This document shows positions 1 to 10,600 of a DNA stretch of 64,000 nucleotides, one piece after another (position 1 is the stretch's first letter; each line of letters begins with the position of its first letter). Below the pieces are notes generated by a model. It was given only the letters and a program-made list of their open reading frames with translations, was not told the origin of the DNA and made no database searches. The stretch lies in NCBI GenBank assembly GCA_025360845.1, contig JANYBJ010000303.1:1545-65544 (forward strand), written 5' to 3'. This DNA comes from a bacterium (GTDB taxonomy: Bacteria; Verrucomicrobiota; Kiritimatiellia; RFP12; UBA1067). A program made the position numbers and the translations under genes.

Positions 1-198
1 CTATTCAGACCTGGCACTTAGTTTTGCTCGGAAAGTAGCATCTCATCCCTTTGTCCAATCATCACGAGCGCAGCGGCGTCACGCGAACTCGTGCAGGATT
101 GTCCATTCTATTTTGCAGGTATGTCTATTCTCACTTGCTCGCGAATGTGGTGTAATGAAACTCAATGGATGAACAGTCACCGGGAGCGCCAATTAACG

Positions 199-622
199 AT
201 GAATGCACGTCAACGGTTTCGTGAGAACTGCGACTTCAACCCTGATGTGCGCTCGCTGAAGTGGGAGTTCGGTTACGGGCGAGACGATCAAGAACTGGTA
301 CGCCCAGGGGCTGCCGCAGAAGAACTATCCGAAGTTGAGGACGGAGATCACCTCACCGGCCTCCTCGCTGTACGTGCCGGCCTGGACGTGCCGCGGCGAC
401 GGCGTGCTGCCCAACGGCATCGCCGTCTTCGGCGGTGCCGGCTACTGGCCTACGCAGGGCTTCCCGCTCGATGCGGACGTGAAAGCCCGCTTCGGGATGG
501 ATGCGTCGCGCCGGCTGGTCGACGTGAACCTGCTGTTTGACCCGATGTTTGACTTCACTTATTATCGCGAAAGGCTGAACGCCTTGATAGACTTCACGTC
601 GAATGGGGGAATAAGAAGATGA
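199..622 (+). pseudogene. Small ORF of unknown function, apparently split by a 1-nt frameshift near 277-281
   Basis: Frame 1 reads MNARQRFRENCDFNPDVRSLKWEFGYG, then turns into Arg/Ala-rich nonsense. Frame 2 opens after a stop at 257-259 and continues with protein-like sequence GETIKNWYAQGLPQKNYPKLRTEITSPASSLYVPAWTCRGDG...YRERLNALIDF up to the stop at 620-622. Skipping base 280 joins the two frames. Confidence 0.35.
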
Positions 623-2013
623 CCAGCCAACACAGCCAGCGGTTTCTGTGGAGAATTTGCCTGATCGCCTGCATGGGCGGGCTGCTCTTCGGTTACGACT
701 GGGTGGTCATCGGCGGCGCGAAGCCTTTCTTCGTCCGCTACTTCGGGCTGGAGAACAGCCCGGACCTGGTGGGCTGGGGAATGAGCAGCGCCCTGGTCGG
801 CTGCATGGCCGGGGCGATCATGTCCGGCCTGATGAGCGACCGGTTCGGGCGCAAGCGCCTGCTGATCCTGTCGGCCTTGCTGTTCACGGTTTCCGCAGTG
901 GGCACAGGGCTAGCGAACACCTTCAGCGTGTTTGTCTGGATGCGTCTGCTGGGCGGCTTGGGCATCGGCCTCGCGTCGAACCTCTCCCCGATGTACATCA
1001 GCGAAGTGTCGCCCGCCAAGACGCGCGGCGCTTTCGTTTCGCTCAATCAGTTGAACATCAACATCGGCGTCGTGGCCGCGCAGGCCGTGAACTGGGTGAT
1101 TGCCCGCAACATGCCTGCGGACTTCACCAGCGAGCAGATCCTGAACTCCTGGTACGGCCAGGTGGGGTGGCGCTGGATGTTCGGCGCGGGCGCCATTCCC
1201 GCCGTCGTCTTTTTTGTCCTGATGTTCTTTGTGCCGGAGAGCCCGCGCTGGCTGGTCAAGGCGGGAAAAGAGAAGAAGGCGTATGACGCGCTGGTCCGGC
1301 TGGGGGGCGAGGCGTACGCCCGCGCGGAAGTGAAGGATATCCGCCGGACGCTCTCGCAGGACGAGATCGCGAACGTGCGCTTCCGCGACCTGCTTGAGCC
1401 CAAGCTGATGCTGGTCATCTTTATCGGCATGGCGCTCGCCACGCTCCAGCAGTGGAGCGGGCTGAACGCGATCTTCTACTATGCCGAGGACATCTTTAAG
1501 GCGGCGGGCTACTCGATCAGCGGGACAATGCTCAACATCGTCTACACCGGCATCACGGTACTGGTGTTCACGGTCGCGGCGATTCTGACGGTGGACCGGC
1601 TGGGGCGCCGCCCGCTGATGCTGCTGGGCGCGGGCGGGATCGCGGTGCTGCATGCGCTGCTGGGCGCGGGTTTCTACTTCGGCTACAAAGGGTGGCCGAT
1701 GCTGGCGCTCGTGCTGCTCACCATGGCGTTCTACGCGCTGACGCTTGCGCCGGTGATCTGGGTGCTGCTGGCCGAGCTGTTCCCAAACCGCATCCGCGGG
1801 GCGGCGCTGTCCATTTCCGTGCTGACGCTGTGGATCACCTGCTGGGCGCTGGCGCAGTTCTTCCCGCGGATCAACGCGGCGCTGGGCGATGCCGGAAGCT
1901 TCTGGCTCTTCAGCCTGCTCTGCCTGGCCGGCTTCGCCTTTGTGTGGATATTCGTTCCGGAAACCAAGGGCAAGAGTCTGGAAGCGATCGAGCGGAATCT
2001 GTTTGGGGAATGA
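619..2013 (+). CDS. MFS sugar porter (sugar:H+ symporter family)
   Basis: 464 aa, about 12 TM segments. Sugar-porter signatures LFGYD, SDRFGRKRLL, PESPRWL, PETKGKSLEAIE. First gene of the sugar operon. Confidence 0.9.
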   Translation: MTSQHSQRFLWRICLIACMGGLLFGYDWVVIGGAKPFFVRYFGLENSPDLVGWGMSSALVGCMAGAIMSGLMSDRFGRKRLLILSALLFTVSAVGTGLANTFSVFVWMRLLGGLGIGLASNLSPMYISEVSPAKTRGAFVSLNQLNINIGVVAAQAVNWVIARNMPADFTSEQILNSWYGQVGWRWMFGAGAIPAVVFFVLMFFVPESPRWLVKAGKEKKAYDALVRLGGEAYARAEVKDIRRTLSQDEIANVRFRDLLEPKLMLVIFIGMALATLQQWSGLNAIFYYAEDIFKAAGYSISGTMLNIVYTGITVLVFTVAAILTVDRLGRRPLMLLGAGGIAVLHALLGAGFYFGYKGWPMLALVLLTMAFYALTLAPVIWVLLAELFPNRIRGAALSISVLTLWITCWALAQFFPRINAALGDAGSFWLFSLLCLAGFAFVWIFVPETKGKSLEAIERNLFGE

Positions 2014-2071
2014 ATCAAAAGGTCAATAGGCTGAAGGCTGTGAGACTGTTAGGTTTGGAGATCAACACGTA

Positions 2072-3058
2072 ATGAAATTCAGGCAACTGGGTAAGACAGG
2101 CATGCAGGTGTCGGTCGTGGCGTACGGCGTGTCGCCTTTGGGTGATGTGTTCGGAACCACGGATGAGGCCGAGGGTCAGCGGGCCGTTCACACGGCCATC
2201 GAGCAGGGCATCAACTATTTCGACGTGGCGCCGCTCTACGGGCTGACGCTGGCAGAGACGCGGCTGGGCAAGGCGCTGAAGGGCAAGCGCGACCGCGTGT
2301 TTGTGGCCACCAAATGCTGCCGCGACAATTTCCAGTTCTGTGATTTTTCGGGCAAGCGGGTGCTGGCCAGCATCGACGAGTCGCTCAAGCGGCTACAGAC
2401 GGACCATGTGGACGTGCTGCAGCTCCACGATGTCGAGTTTGGGGATATGCGGCAGATTATTGAAGAGACCCTGCCTGCGGCACGCAAGGTCCAGCAGTCC
2501 GGCAAGGCGCGCTTCATCGGCATCACGGGCTTGCCGGTCCGCTATCTGCGGAAGGTGCTCGAGCAGATCGAGATCGACACGGTCCTGACCTGGGGCCACT
2601 ATAATCTGGTCGAGGACGAAATGGACGAGGAACTGACGCCGCTCTGCCGCGAACGCGGCATCGGTCTGATCAACGCCTCGCCCTTGCACCAGCGGCTGCT
2701 GACCGAGAGGGGCGCGCCGGAATGGCACCGCAGCCCGCCGCCGGTGATGGAGGCGGCTCCGAAACTGGCGGCCTTGTGCCGGTCCTACGGCGTGGACGTG
2801 GCCGACGTGGCTATGAAGGTTTGCCTCGATCATCCGTACGTGGCCACGACGATCGTGGGCATGAGCAAGGTCCGCCACGTGGAGGCGAACCTGCGGGCCT
2901 TGGAGTTCGCGATGCCGGAGGGGCTGATGCCGGCCATTGAGGCGCTCGTGAAGCCGGTGAAGAACATGATGTGGTTCGAGGGGCGTCCCGAGAACAACAT
3001 CCCGCCGCGCGACCCGAGCCGTTGGGTGCCGCTGATGCCGGCGCATACGCATGTGTGA
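2072..3058 (+). CDS. Aldo/keto reductase; candidate L-galactose (or L-fucose) 1-dehydrogenase
   Basis: 328 aa. AKR-family pattern: MKFRQLGKTGMQVSVVAYG, INYFDVAPLYG, LQTDHVDVLQLHD. The specific function is inferred from operon context only. Confidence 0.85.
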   Translation: MKFRQLGKTGMQVSVVAYGVSPLGDVFGTTDEAEGQRAVHTAIEQGINYFDVAPLYGLTLAETRLGKALKGKRDRVFVATKCCRDNFQFCDFSGKRVLASIDESLKRLQTDHVDVLQLHDVEFGDMRQIIEETLPAARKVQQSGKARFIGITGLPVRYLRKVLEQIEIDTVLTWGHYNLVEDEMDEELTPLCRERGIGLINASPLHQRLLTERGAPEWHRSPPPVMEAAPKLAALCRSYGVDVADVAMKVCLDHPYVATTIVGMSKVRHVEANLRALEFAMPEGLMPAIEALVKPVKNMMWFEGRPENNIPPRDPSRWVPLMPAHTHV

Positions 3059-3068
3059 GGAGGATGTC

Positions 3069-4097
3069 ATGAAAGCCTTATTGTTGACGGAGCCGGGGAA
3101 GACCGAAGTTCGAGAGATCGCGCCGCCTGTTCCCAAACCCGGCGAGGTGCTGTTGCGCGTGGGCGTGGTCGGCTTCTGCGGCGGTGATCTGAACGGGTTC
3201 CGCGGCACGTTCGCCCTGCAGGAGTACCCCAACGTGCTGGGACACGAGATCGGGGCTGCCGTTGAGGCCGTGACGCCGGGCGTGCCCGAGCGGTTCAGGC
3301 CAGGGCAGCGCGTCACGGTCTTCCCATACAAGAACTGCGGGCAGTGCATCTCCTGCCGGCGGGGACGGCCCAATGCCTGCATCGACAACCGCACGATGGG
3401 AGTGCGCAGGCCGGGCGCCATGACCCCGCTGGTGGCCGTGCCGTGGCAGACGCTTTACGCCTCGGCTTCGCTGTCCTTGGAAACGCTGGCGCTGGTGGAG
3501 CCGCTCTCGGTCGGCTTCCACGCCGCTGACCGCGGCCGGATCGCCGCCGCCGACACGGTGGCTGTCATCGGCTGCGGGATCGTAGGCATGGGGGCGCTGT
3601 ACGCGGCCGTGCGGCGCGGCGCCCGCGTGATCGCCGTGGACATCGACGACAAGAAACTCGAACTGGCCCGCCAGGCCGGGGCGGTTCACGGAATCAACAC
3701 CACGAAGACCGATCTCCACACGGCGCTCGCCGAATTCACCGACGGGATCGGGCCGGACGTGATAGTCGAGGCCGTGGGGAATCCGGCGACCTTCCGGGCC
3801 GCGGTGGACGAGGTGGCCTTCACCGGACGCGTGGTCTACATCGGCTACGCGAAGAAGCTCGTGGAGTACGACTCCCGGATGTTCGTGCAGAAGGAGCTGG
3901 ACGTGCTCGGCTCGCGCAACTGCCAAGGCGATTTCCCGGCGGTGATTGAGGCTTTGGAGGCGGGCGGGTTTCCGGTGAATGGCGTCATCAGCCGGGTGGT
4001 GACTCTCGATGATGCGGGGGCGGCGCTGGCCGCGTGGAGTGAGAACCCCGGCGGCTACACCAAAATTCTGGTTGACCTCAGCGGGGAGAAGACCTGA
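3069..4097 (+). CDS. Zinc-dependent alcohol/polyol dehydrogenase (MDR family); candidate L-galactonate 5-dehydrogenase
   Basis: GHEIGAAVEAV catalytic-Zn motif, structural-Zn cluster CGQCISCRRGRPNAC, Rossmann GCGIVGMG. Start moved from 3051 to ATG 3069 (MKALLL), which sits behind GAGGAGGA. Confidence 0.85.
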   Translation: MKALLLTEPGKTEVREIAPPVPKPGEVLLRVGVVGFCGGDLNGFRGTFALQEYPNVLGHEIGAAVEAVTPGVPERFRPGQRVTVFPYKNCGQCISCRRGRPNACIDNRTMGVRRPGAMTPLVAVPWQTLYASASLSLETLALVEPLSVGFHAADRGRIAAADTVAVIGCGIVGMGALYAAVRRGARVIAVDIDDKKLELARQAGAVHGINTTKTDLHTALAEFTDGIGPDVIVEAVGNPATFRAAVDEVAFTGRVVYIGYAKKLVEYDSRMFVQKELDVLGSRNCQGDFPAVIEALEAGGFPVNGVISRVVTLDDAGAALAAWSENPGGYTKILVDLSGEKT

Positions 4098-4909
4098 TGC
4101 GCTCCAGCGTTACGATTTCGTTGGTGCCCTCGCTGGCAGGCGGACCGTGGATCTATTGGGACGGACTGGCTGAAAGCATCGCCAAGGCCGGTGCCGCCGG
4201 TTTCGACGGCGTGGAGCTGTTCTTCGATGATCCCGGCTCGGTCGATCCCGTCGCGCTGCATGACTTGCTGCAGGCCAACCGGCTGAAACTGGCGGCGGTC
4301 GGCACGGGGGCCGGCAAGGTGCTGCACGGTTGGACCCTGACCGACCCGGATGCGGGCGTCAGGGAAAACGCCAAGGCGTACATCCGGCGGATGATCGGTT
4401 TCGGCGCGCGGTTCGGCGCCCCGGCGATCATCGGCTCCATGCAGGGCTGGGTGCATAAAGGCATGGAGCGCGCTCGCGGCCTCGACTGGCTGGCGGAGGG
4501 GCTGACGTCCCTTGGTAAGGCCGCCGGCGATCAGGGAACTGTTTTGATCTACGAGCCATTGAACCGCTACGAGACCAATGTGTTCAATCGCCTGGTCGAC
4601 GCGGCCGCGTTTCTCGCGGAGCGGCGACTTGGCGGGGTGAGAGTCTTGGCCGACCTGTTCCACATGAACATCGAAGAGGCCTCGATGGCGCAGGCCATCC
4701 GCGTGGCGGGGGCGGCCATCGGGCACGTCCATTTCGCCGACAGCAACCGTCGGCCCGTCGGGCTCGGGCATACCGATGTGGCGCCTGTGGCTGAGGCGCT
4801 GAAGGGAATCGGTTATCAGGGATTCATATCCGCCGAGGCTCTGCCGTACCCCGACCCCGACGCCGCGGCCGCCATGACGGTCCAATCGTTTCGCACGTTT
4901 TTCAACTGA
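4097..4909 (+). CDS. Sugar phosphate isomerase/epimerase family protein (xylose-isomerase-like TIM barrel)
   Basis: 270 aa. Family-typical AGFDGVELF, LIYEPLNRYETN, GHVHFADSNR. ATGA start/stop overlap with the upstream gene. Confidence 0.75.
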   Translation: MRSSVTISLVPSLAGGPWIYWDGLAESIAKAGAAGFDGVELFFDDPGSVDPVALHDLLQANRLKLAAVGTGAGKVLHGWTLTDPDAGVRENAKAYIRRMIGFGARFGAPAIIGSMQGWVHKGMERARGLDWLAEGLTSLGKAAGDQGTVLIYEPLNRYETNVFNRLVDAAAFLAERRLGGVRVLADLFHMNIEEASMAQAIRVAGAAIGHVHFADSNRRPVGLGHTDVAPVAEALKGIGYQGFISAEALPYPDPDAAAAMTVQSFRTFFN

Positions 4910-4924
4910 ATAAAGGAGCATCCC

Positions 4925-5365
4925 ATGTTGCTGACCCCGTGCCTTCATCCTGAAATCCTCTGCGCGTTAGGTAAGATGGGACACTTCTCGCGCATCCTGA
5001 TCGCCGACGGGGGCTACCCCGTGATAACGGCCAGCCCTGCCTCTGCCGCCAAGGTCTGGCTCAATCTCAGGCCCGGCACCGTGCTCGTGACGGATGTGCT
5101 GGAGACGCTGGTCTCAACCATCCCTCTGGAGGCGGCCCATGTCATGACCCCGCCTGACGGCACGGACCAGCCTGTGTTCGAGGCGTTCCGCAAGCGGCTG
5201 CCCGGCGGCCTGGACGTCGTTAAAGTGGAGCAGCACGCGTTCTACAAGATGGCGCTGGAGCCGGATGTGGCGCTGGTGATCGCCACCGGCGACACCCGGA
5301 ACTACGCCAACCTGCTCCTCACCATGGGCTTCGTCCGCCACCCGGAAGGCCACGGCGCCTATTGA
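4925..5365 (+). CDS. fucU: RbsD/FucU family sugar mutarotase (L-fucose/L-galactose mutarotase-like)
   Basis: 146 aa. HPEILCALGKMGHFSRILIADGGYP and TGDTRNYANLLLTMGFV align by eye with E. coli FucU (SPELLKVLAEMGHGDEI..., TGERAKYGNILLKKGV). Confidence 0.8.
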   Translation: MLLTPCLHPEILCALGKMGHFSRILIADGGYPVITASPASAAKVWLNLRPGTVLVTDVLETLVSTIPLEAAHVMTPPDGTDQPVFEAFRKRLPGGLDVVKVEQHAFYKMALEPDVALVIATGDTRNYANLLLTMGFVRHPEGHGAY

Positions 5366-5366
5366 T

Positions 5367-6218
5367 ATGAAGATCGACACGCATCAGCATTTTTGGAAGT
5401 ACACCCCGGCAGACTATCCGTGGATCGGACCTGGGATGGAGGTGCTGGCGCGGGACCGGATGCCGGCGAATCTTGCGCCCCTCCTTGCCGGGATGGGAGT
5501 GGGTGGGACTGTGGCGGTGCAGGCCCGCCAGTGCGTCGCAGAGACGGAGTGGCTGCTGAGCCTGGCGGAGGCGTATCCGTTCATTTTGGGCGTGGTCGGC
5601 TGGGTCGATCTTCAAAGCCCCGAGGTGGAACATCAGCTCGAACGGTTCGGTTCGCACCCCAAGCTGGTCGGCGTGCGCCACGTCGTGCAGGACGAACCTG
5701 ATGACCGGTTCGTGCTGGGCGAGGCGTTCTTGCGCGGCATGGAAAAGCTGGCGAACCGCCATCTGGCCTATGACCTTCTCGTCTATCCCCGTCAGCTTCC
5801 GGCCTGCGTTGAACTGGTGCGCCGCTTTCCCGAGCAGGTGTTTGTGCTCGATCATATCGCCAAGCCGTTTATCCGAAGCGGGCAGCGCTCACCCTGGGAT
5901 CAGGATATCGCGCGGCTGGCAACCTTCAAGAACGTCTACTGTAAACTCTCCGGCATGGTGACCGAGGCGGATTGGGAGAATTGGCGTCCGTCAGACTTCG
6001 AGCCCTACTTGGATGCCGTGGTCGAGGCCTTCGGTCCGGACCGGCTGATGGTCGGCTCCGACTGGCCGGTCTGCACCCTCGCGGGAAGTTACGCGTCGGT
6101 TCTCACACTGGTTTCGGACACCATCGGCAGACTGACACAAGCGGAGCAGAAAACCATTTGGGAAGATACGCCCGTCAGGGCCTACGGCGCCAAACTCACT
6201 ATGAAAGCATATGAATGA
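5367..6218 (+). CDS. Amidohydrolase-2 family lactonase (L-fucono/L-galactono-1,5-lactonase-like)
   Basis: 283 aa. N-terminal MKIDTHQHFW metal-binding motif, DHIAKP and GSDWPV motifs typical of the COG3618 lactonase group. Confidence 0.75.
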   Translation: MKIDTHQHFWKYTPADYPWIGPGMEVLARDRMPANLAPLLAGMGVGGTVAVQARQCVAETEWLLSLAEAYPFILGVVGWVDLQSPEVEHQLERFGSHPKLVGVRHVVQDEPDDRFVLGEAFLRGMEKLANRHLAYDLLVYPRQLPACVELVRRFPEQVFVLDHIAKPFIRSGQRSPWDQDIARLATFKNVYCKLSGMVTEADWENWRPSDFEPYLDAVVEAFGPDRLMVGSDWPVCTLAGSYASVLTLVSDTIGRLTQAEQKTIWEDTPVRAYGAKLTMKAYE

Positions 6219-7498
6219 AAAGATTAATGACCTATTCGATGGGTATTGGGGATCGGTTCGGACACCAGGGCCGCGCTCAACTGGAGGCCTTCCGGTTATT
6301 GGCGCAGACCAAAGGCGTGACGGTGTCGCCGGTTTGGAACAAGTCCAACCGCGAGCACACGATCATCGGCACGTGGCCCGAGTCGGTGCGGCGCGAAGCG
6401 GACGAGGCCGTGGCGCAGGCGCACTGGACGCAGCCCTATCATGTGGATGCCGACCACATCGGCCTCAAGAACGTGGATGGCTTTTTGGCGGCGGCGGATT
6501 TCTTCACGCTGGATGTGGCGGACTTCATGGGCGAGGCCGCTGGCGGGGCCGAGGTTGACGATTTCGTGGCGCGGCATGCGGAGTTGATCGGCACGCATGA
6601 GATCGAAGGGCTCGCCGAGCCGGTGGTGCTGACTCGGCCTGCGCTCGCTGAAATCGTGCGTGGCACACTGTTCGCTGTTCGGCAGGCGGGCCGGCTCTAC
6701 CGGCACATCGTTGAGAAGAAAGGTTCGGCGGATTTCGTCACCGAGGTCTCCATGGACGAGACGCTGCTGCCGCAGACGCCGGAGAAGCTGCTGGTGATTC
6801 TTGCGGCGATCGCGGAAGAGCGCATTCCGGCGCAGACGATCGCTCCGAAATTTACCGGACGCTTCAACAAAGGCGTGGATTATGCGGGAGACCCGGCGGT
6901 GTTCGGCCGCGAGTTCGACGCCGACGCGTGTGTGGTGCGGCACGCGGTCAGGCGCTTCGGCTTGCCGGAGAGCCTCAAGCTCAGCATCCACTCCGGCAGC
7001 GACAAGTTCTCGCTCTACCCGTATGTGGCGCAGACGCTGAAGTCGAGGGGCGTCGGCGTGCATCTCAAGACGGCGGGTACCACCTGGCTGGAGGAGGTGG
7101 TGGGCTTGGCGGCTGCGGGCGGCGAAGGGTTGCAGGTCGCCAAAGAAATCTATGTCCGCGCGCGGCCCCGGCTCGAGGAGCTGTGCGCGCCGTACGCGAC
7201 GGTGATCGACATCCGGACGGAACGGCTGCCACGCATCAGTGACGTCGAGGCGTGGGAGGCCGAACGTTATGTCCGCGAGCTACGCCATGTGCAGGGTGAC
7301 CGGTTCTTCAATCCCGATTTCCGGCAGTTCATCCATGTCGCTTTCAAGGTGGCTGCGGAACTGGGTAGCCGTTATCAGGACGCACTGACAGCGAACGAGG
7401 CGGTCGTTTCGCGCCATGTGACGGAAAATATCTACGAGCGCCACCTGCTGCCGATTTTCGGCGACCTGTGTGAGTTCATTCAGCTTGACGGATTCTGA
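6215..7498 (+). CDS. uxaE: Tagaturonate/fructuronate epimerase UxaE-like protein
   Basis: 427 aa. GIGDRFGHQG, VDADHIG, EVSMDET..PQTP, SIHSGSDKFSLYP, HLKTAGTTWLEEV match my recollection of Thermotoga UxaE-family motifs. ATGA overlap with the upstream lactonase gene. Confidence 0.65.
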   Translation: MKRLMTYSMGIGDRFGHQGRAQLEAFRLLAQTKGVTVSPVWNKSNREHTIIGTWPESVRREADEAVAQAHWTQPYHVDADHIGLKNVDGFLAAADFFTLDVADFMGEAAGGAEVDDFVARHAELIGTHEIEGLAEPVVLTRPALAEIVRGTLFAVRQAGRLYRHIVEKKGSADFVTEVSMDETLLPQTPEKLLVILAAIAEERIPAQTIAPKFTGRFNKGVDYAGDPAVFGREFDADACVVRHAVRRFGLPESLKLSIHSGSDKFSLYPYVAQTLKSRGVGVHLKTAGTTWLEEVVGLAAAGGEGLQVAKEIYVRARPRLEELCAPYATVIDIRTERLPRISDVEAWEAERYVRELRHVQGDRFFNPDFRQFIHVAFKVAAELGSRYQDALTANEAVVSRHVTENIYERHLLPIFGDLCEFIQLDGF

Positions 7499-7623
7499 GA
7501 GACTTGTCACAGTCCTGCTTGAACATTCGTATAAGCCAAGGTTACACGGATTACGCGGCGGCTCCGGTGGTTGAATAGCCTGAGATGAGTTGTCGATAAA
7601 CCTCGACGAAAGGAGAAGAGACC

Positions 7624-10600
7624 ATGGCACTGACGTGGCGGCGATTGCCAGTCTTATTTGTCGTTCTAACGGCTCTGCTGTCGGCTGAATCTGTTTTGTC
7701 TGGCACAACCCTGTCAACACGCGGGTTTCCTTCGATGAAGTTGCGTGGTTACGGGGAGGTGTCGGCCAAGCGCACGGGCACTGACGCGTTCACACGACTG
7801 GAGGTCGCGTGCGAAAGCGCCGAGAAAGCCGGGATCGTGCATGCCAAGTTCGTGAGCGACCTTCACGCGTTGGGCGGGGTAAAGGACGAGACCCTGCCTG
7901 TCGGAGGAGTCGCCGTGCCGAGGATCGTTGTGCCGGGACAGGGTTCTGTGTCAGCCTTCCGCAGCGGCAAGGTGGTTTACGTCGTGGCAAGTCCGACGGA
8001 GGCCGGATGGCTGGAGGGCCTGACCGCCCTCAAGCGCAAGCTGACGGGGGCTGAACTCGTGCCGCAAGGCAAGGTCCCGATGTATCTGGACGCGTGGGAT
8101 CAACACGGTTTCCGCTTCTACTACCGCCCTTGGGAAACGCCTGACAACGGGTCGTGGAAAGATTATCCGGTGTTGGGCGAATTCGATTTCGCGAAGAAAG
8201 AGAACGGGCGAGGCTTTGTTTATTGGGCGGAGACCGCCAACGTCGACAGTGCGGTGGGGCTCGACAATGACCTGTGGTGGGACTGGGCCGCAAGGGCTGC
8301 GGCGCGGCGCGCTCTGCCGGTGGTCATCAACACGATGAACGTGGAGCCGACCTGGCTGCTCAACGGCCACCGCGACGAAGTCATGTCGCTGATGCCCCAG
8401 TTCTGCGGTTCGTATCACAGCGTCGCGGACCCGTCGAGCGCAGGCATGCGCAGCCTCTCGTGGTGCGCGGGAGAGGCGAAGGACGAACAGCTCGCGCCGA
8501 TCCGGCGGATCGTCGAACGGTATGCGACGAAGCCGAACACCTTGGAGTACCTCGAGCCTCACGGCGAACTGCGGCATGGCGATTACGATATCTTTCTCGA
8601 ATACGGCCCTGTGGCCGATATCAGTTTCCGCGCGTTTCTGAAGGAAAAGTACGGACGGATCTCCCGTGTCGCTAGCCGATGGGGGCGGTCCGCTGTTATT
8701 AAATCGTGGTCGGATGTGCGCGTGCCGGATCTGGCGACCTTCCTTGGCTTCGACGACAAAGCCGTCGATCTGACCGGCGCGTGGCGGATCGGATATGAGC
8801 CGCAGACAGGGGCGCCTGCCGAGTGGCTAGGGGCAGCGTTCGATGACAGGGCTTGGCCGACGATCACTGCTCCCGGCAATGATCGCATGATGTTTCTCGA
8901 CAAGAAACCGGCGGTCTTCAGGCGCTCGTTCGAACTGCCCGCCGCGTGGCTGGGCGAGGGCGGCCAGGCCTGGCTCTACGTGTGGGATCTGAACTCTGGC
9001 GAGCATTTGAAAGAAACGATAACCGCGTCTTTGAACGGTGTGGTGGTCGGCGAGGACAAAACGCGTCACGCCACCTCGCATTGGGCGGCATACGAGACCG
9101 GGACAGCTCTGCACGCGGGCACCAATACGGTCGCGATCCGCGTGCCTAAAGGGTTTTTGGGGTATCACGTTTACCTGTCGAAACATGCGCCCAAGCAATA
9201 TCCCGACCTGTCGGAAGGCGAGAATGCGCGCTGGGTCGACTTCGCCGATTGGCGTCAATGGACCCGGCTCGAAGCCGCGCGTCGAGGCATGGAGGCGATC
9301 CGCAGCGTCGATCCCGACCGCTCGCTCATCTGCATGTCGCCCGACTCCAGCATCGCGGGCATCAAGAAACTGTGTGAGCAGTACGGAGCGCACTTCCACA
9401 ACACCGGGCACATGGGCGCGTTCTGGAACGAGTTTCTGCCGATGCTGATGCGCGGTGCGGACCTGCCGTTCTCGCTGGAGCCCGGCGGTCCGGCTGATAG
9501 CCTCGTGGGATTCAAGCGCATGATGGGCTACTATTTCACCGAGGGCATCCAGGCGATCCACTACTTCATCCACGTCGGTGACATCTACTGGCCGGCCGAT
9601 ATCCGCGCACACTTTGAACGCATCCGCCCACTGATCGACACGATCGGCAAGGTTCATCCGCCCAAAGCCGAGATCGCCATGCTCTTCAGCGACCGCATCG
9701 ATGACCTGACCGGATTTCCGTGGGGACAGAACCCCGACGTCAATCTCTCCTCCGGCTACTTCTCTTGGCCTCTCAACGGCCAGTTCACGGGCGATTATGA
9801 TTTCGACGGCGTGACCGATCTCGACTTCGCCGACGGTAAAGCCGATCCCTATAAACTCATCATCGGCGCGAACACCTCGGTGATGGATGAGAAGCTTGTC
9901 AAAGCGGTCGAGGCGTGGGTCCGCAAGGGCGGCATCTTCGTGGCTTTTGTCCAGACAGGCCGGCACACTCCTGAACAGAAAGACGCGTGGCCGATCTCCC
10001 GGCTTTCGGGGTACAAGGTCACGGGGATCAGCCGGACAGCCGCGACGCCGGACGATCCGTTCGAAGTGGCCGACTGGTGGCGCTTCACTTTCGCGCCCGG
10101 TCAGAGTGTCTTCAAGCCGGGCGAGTGGGATCTTAAGGACATCAAGGCCAACGGGCTAAAACTCAAGGCGGTCGCCCCCGACTGTCAAGACCTCGCGCTG
10201 TGGGAGGACGGTTCGACCGCCATCGGTCTGCGTCCTCTCGGCAAAGGCTATGTGGTCCACATGGGACTTAAGTTCTGTCGACAGCCGCTCTGGCACGGGT
10301 GGTCTGACCGCACCGAGAAACTCTTCCGGCAACTTTTCGTATGGGCGGGGATGCGCCGCGTGCCCGCCGCCGCTGCGGGCGTGAAGTTCCGCCACTACGT
10401 CAGCAACAACGGCCTGTTCGACACCTGGACGCTGTGGAACGAGAAGTCCGATAAGGATGTCGAAACGAGCCTCGTCTTTCGGGATGGCCTGAAGCCCGCC
10501 TTCTGCCGCGAGGTCGGGAGCGATACGGCCGTCGAACCGGTCGCAGGCCCGGACGGTCTGCCCGCCGTTCGCGGCATCCGTCTGGAGCCGCTGGAGACCA

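Noticed and set aside
91-540. 149-aa ORF taken as a gene
   Set aside because: Only residues ~37-63 look protein-like. The rest is explained by a frameshift into the 335-622 frame.
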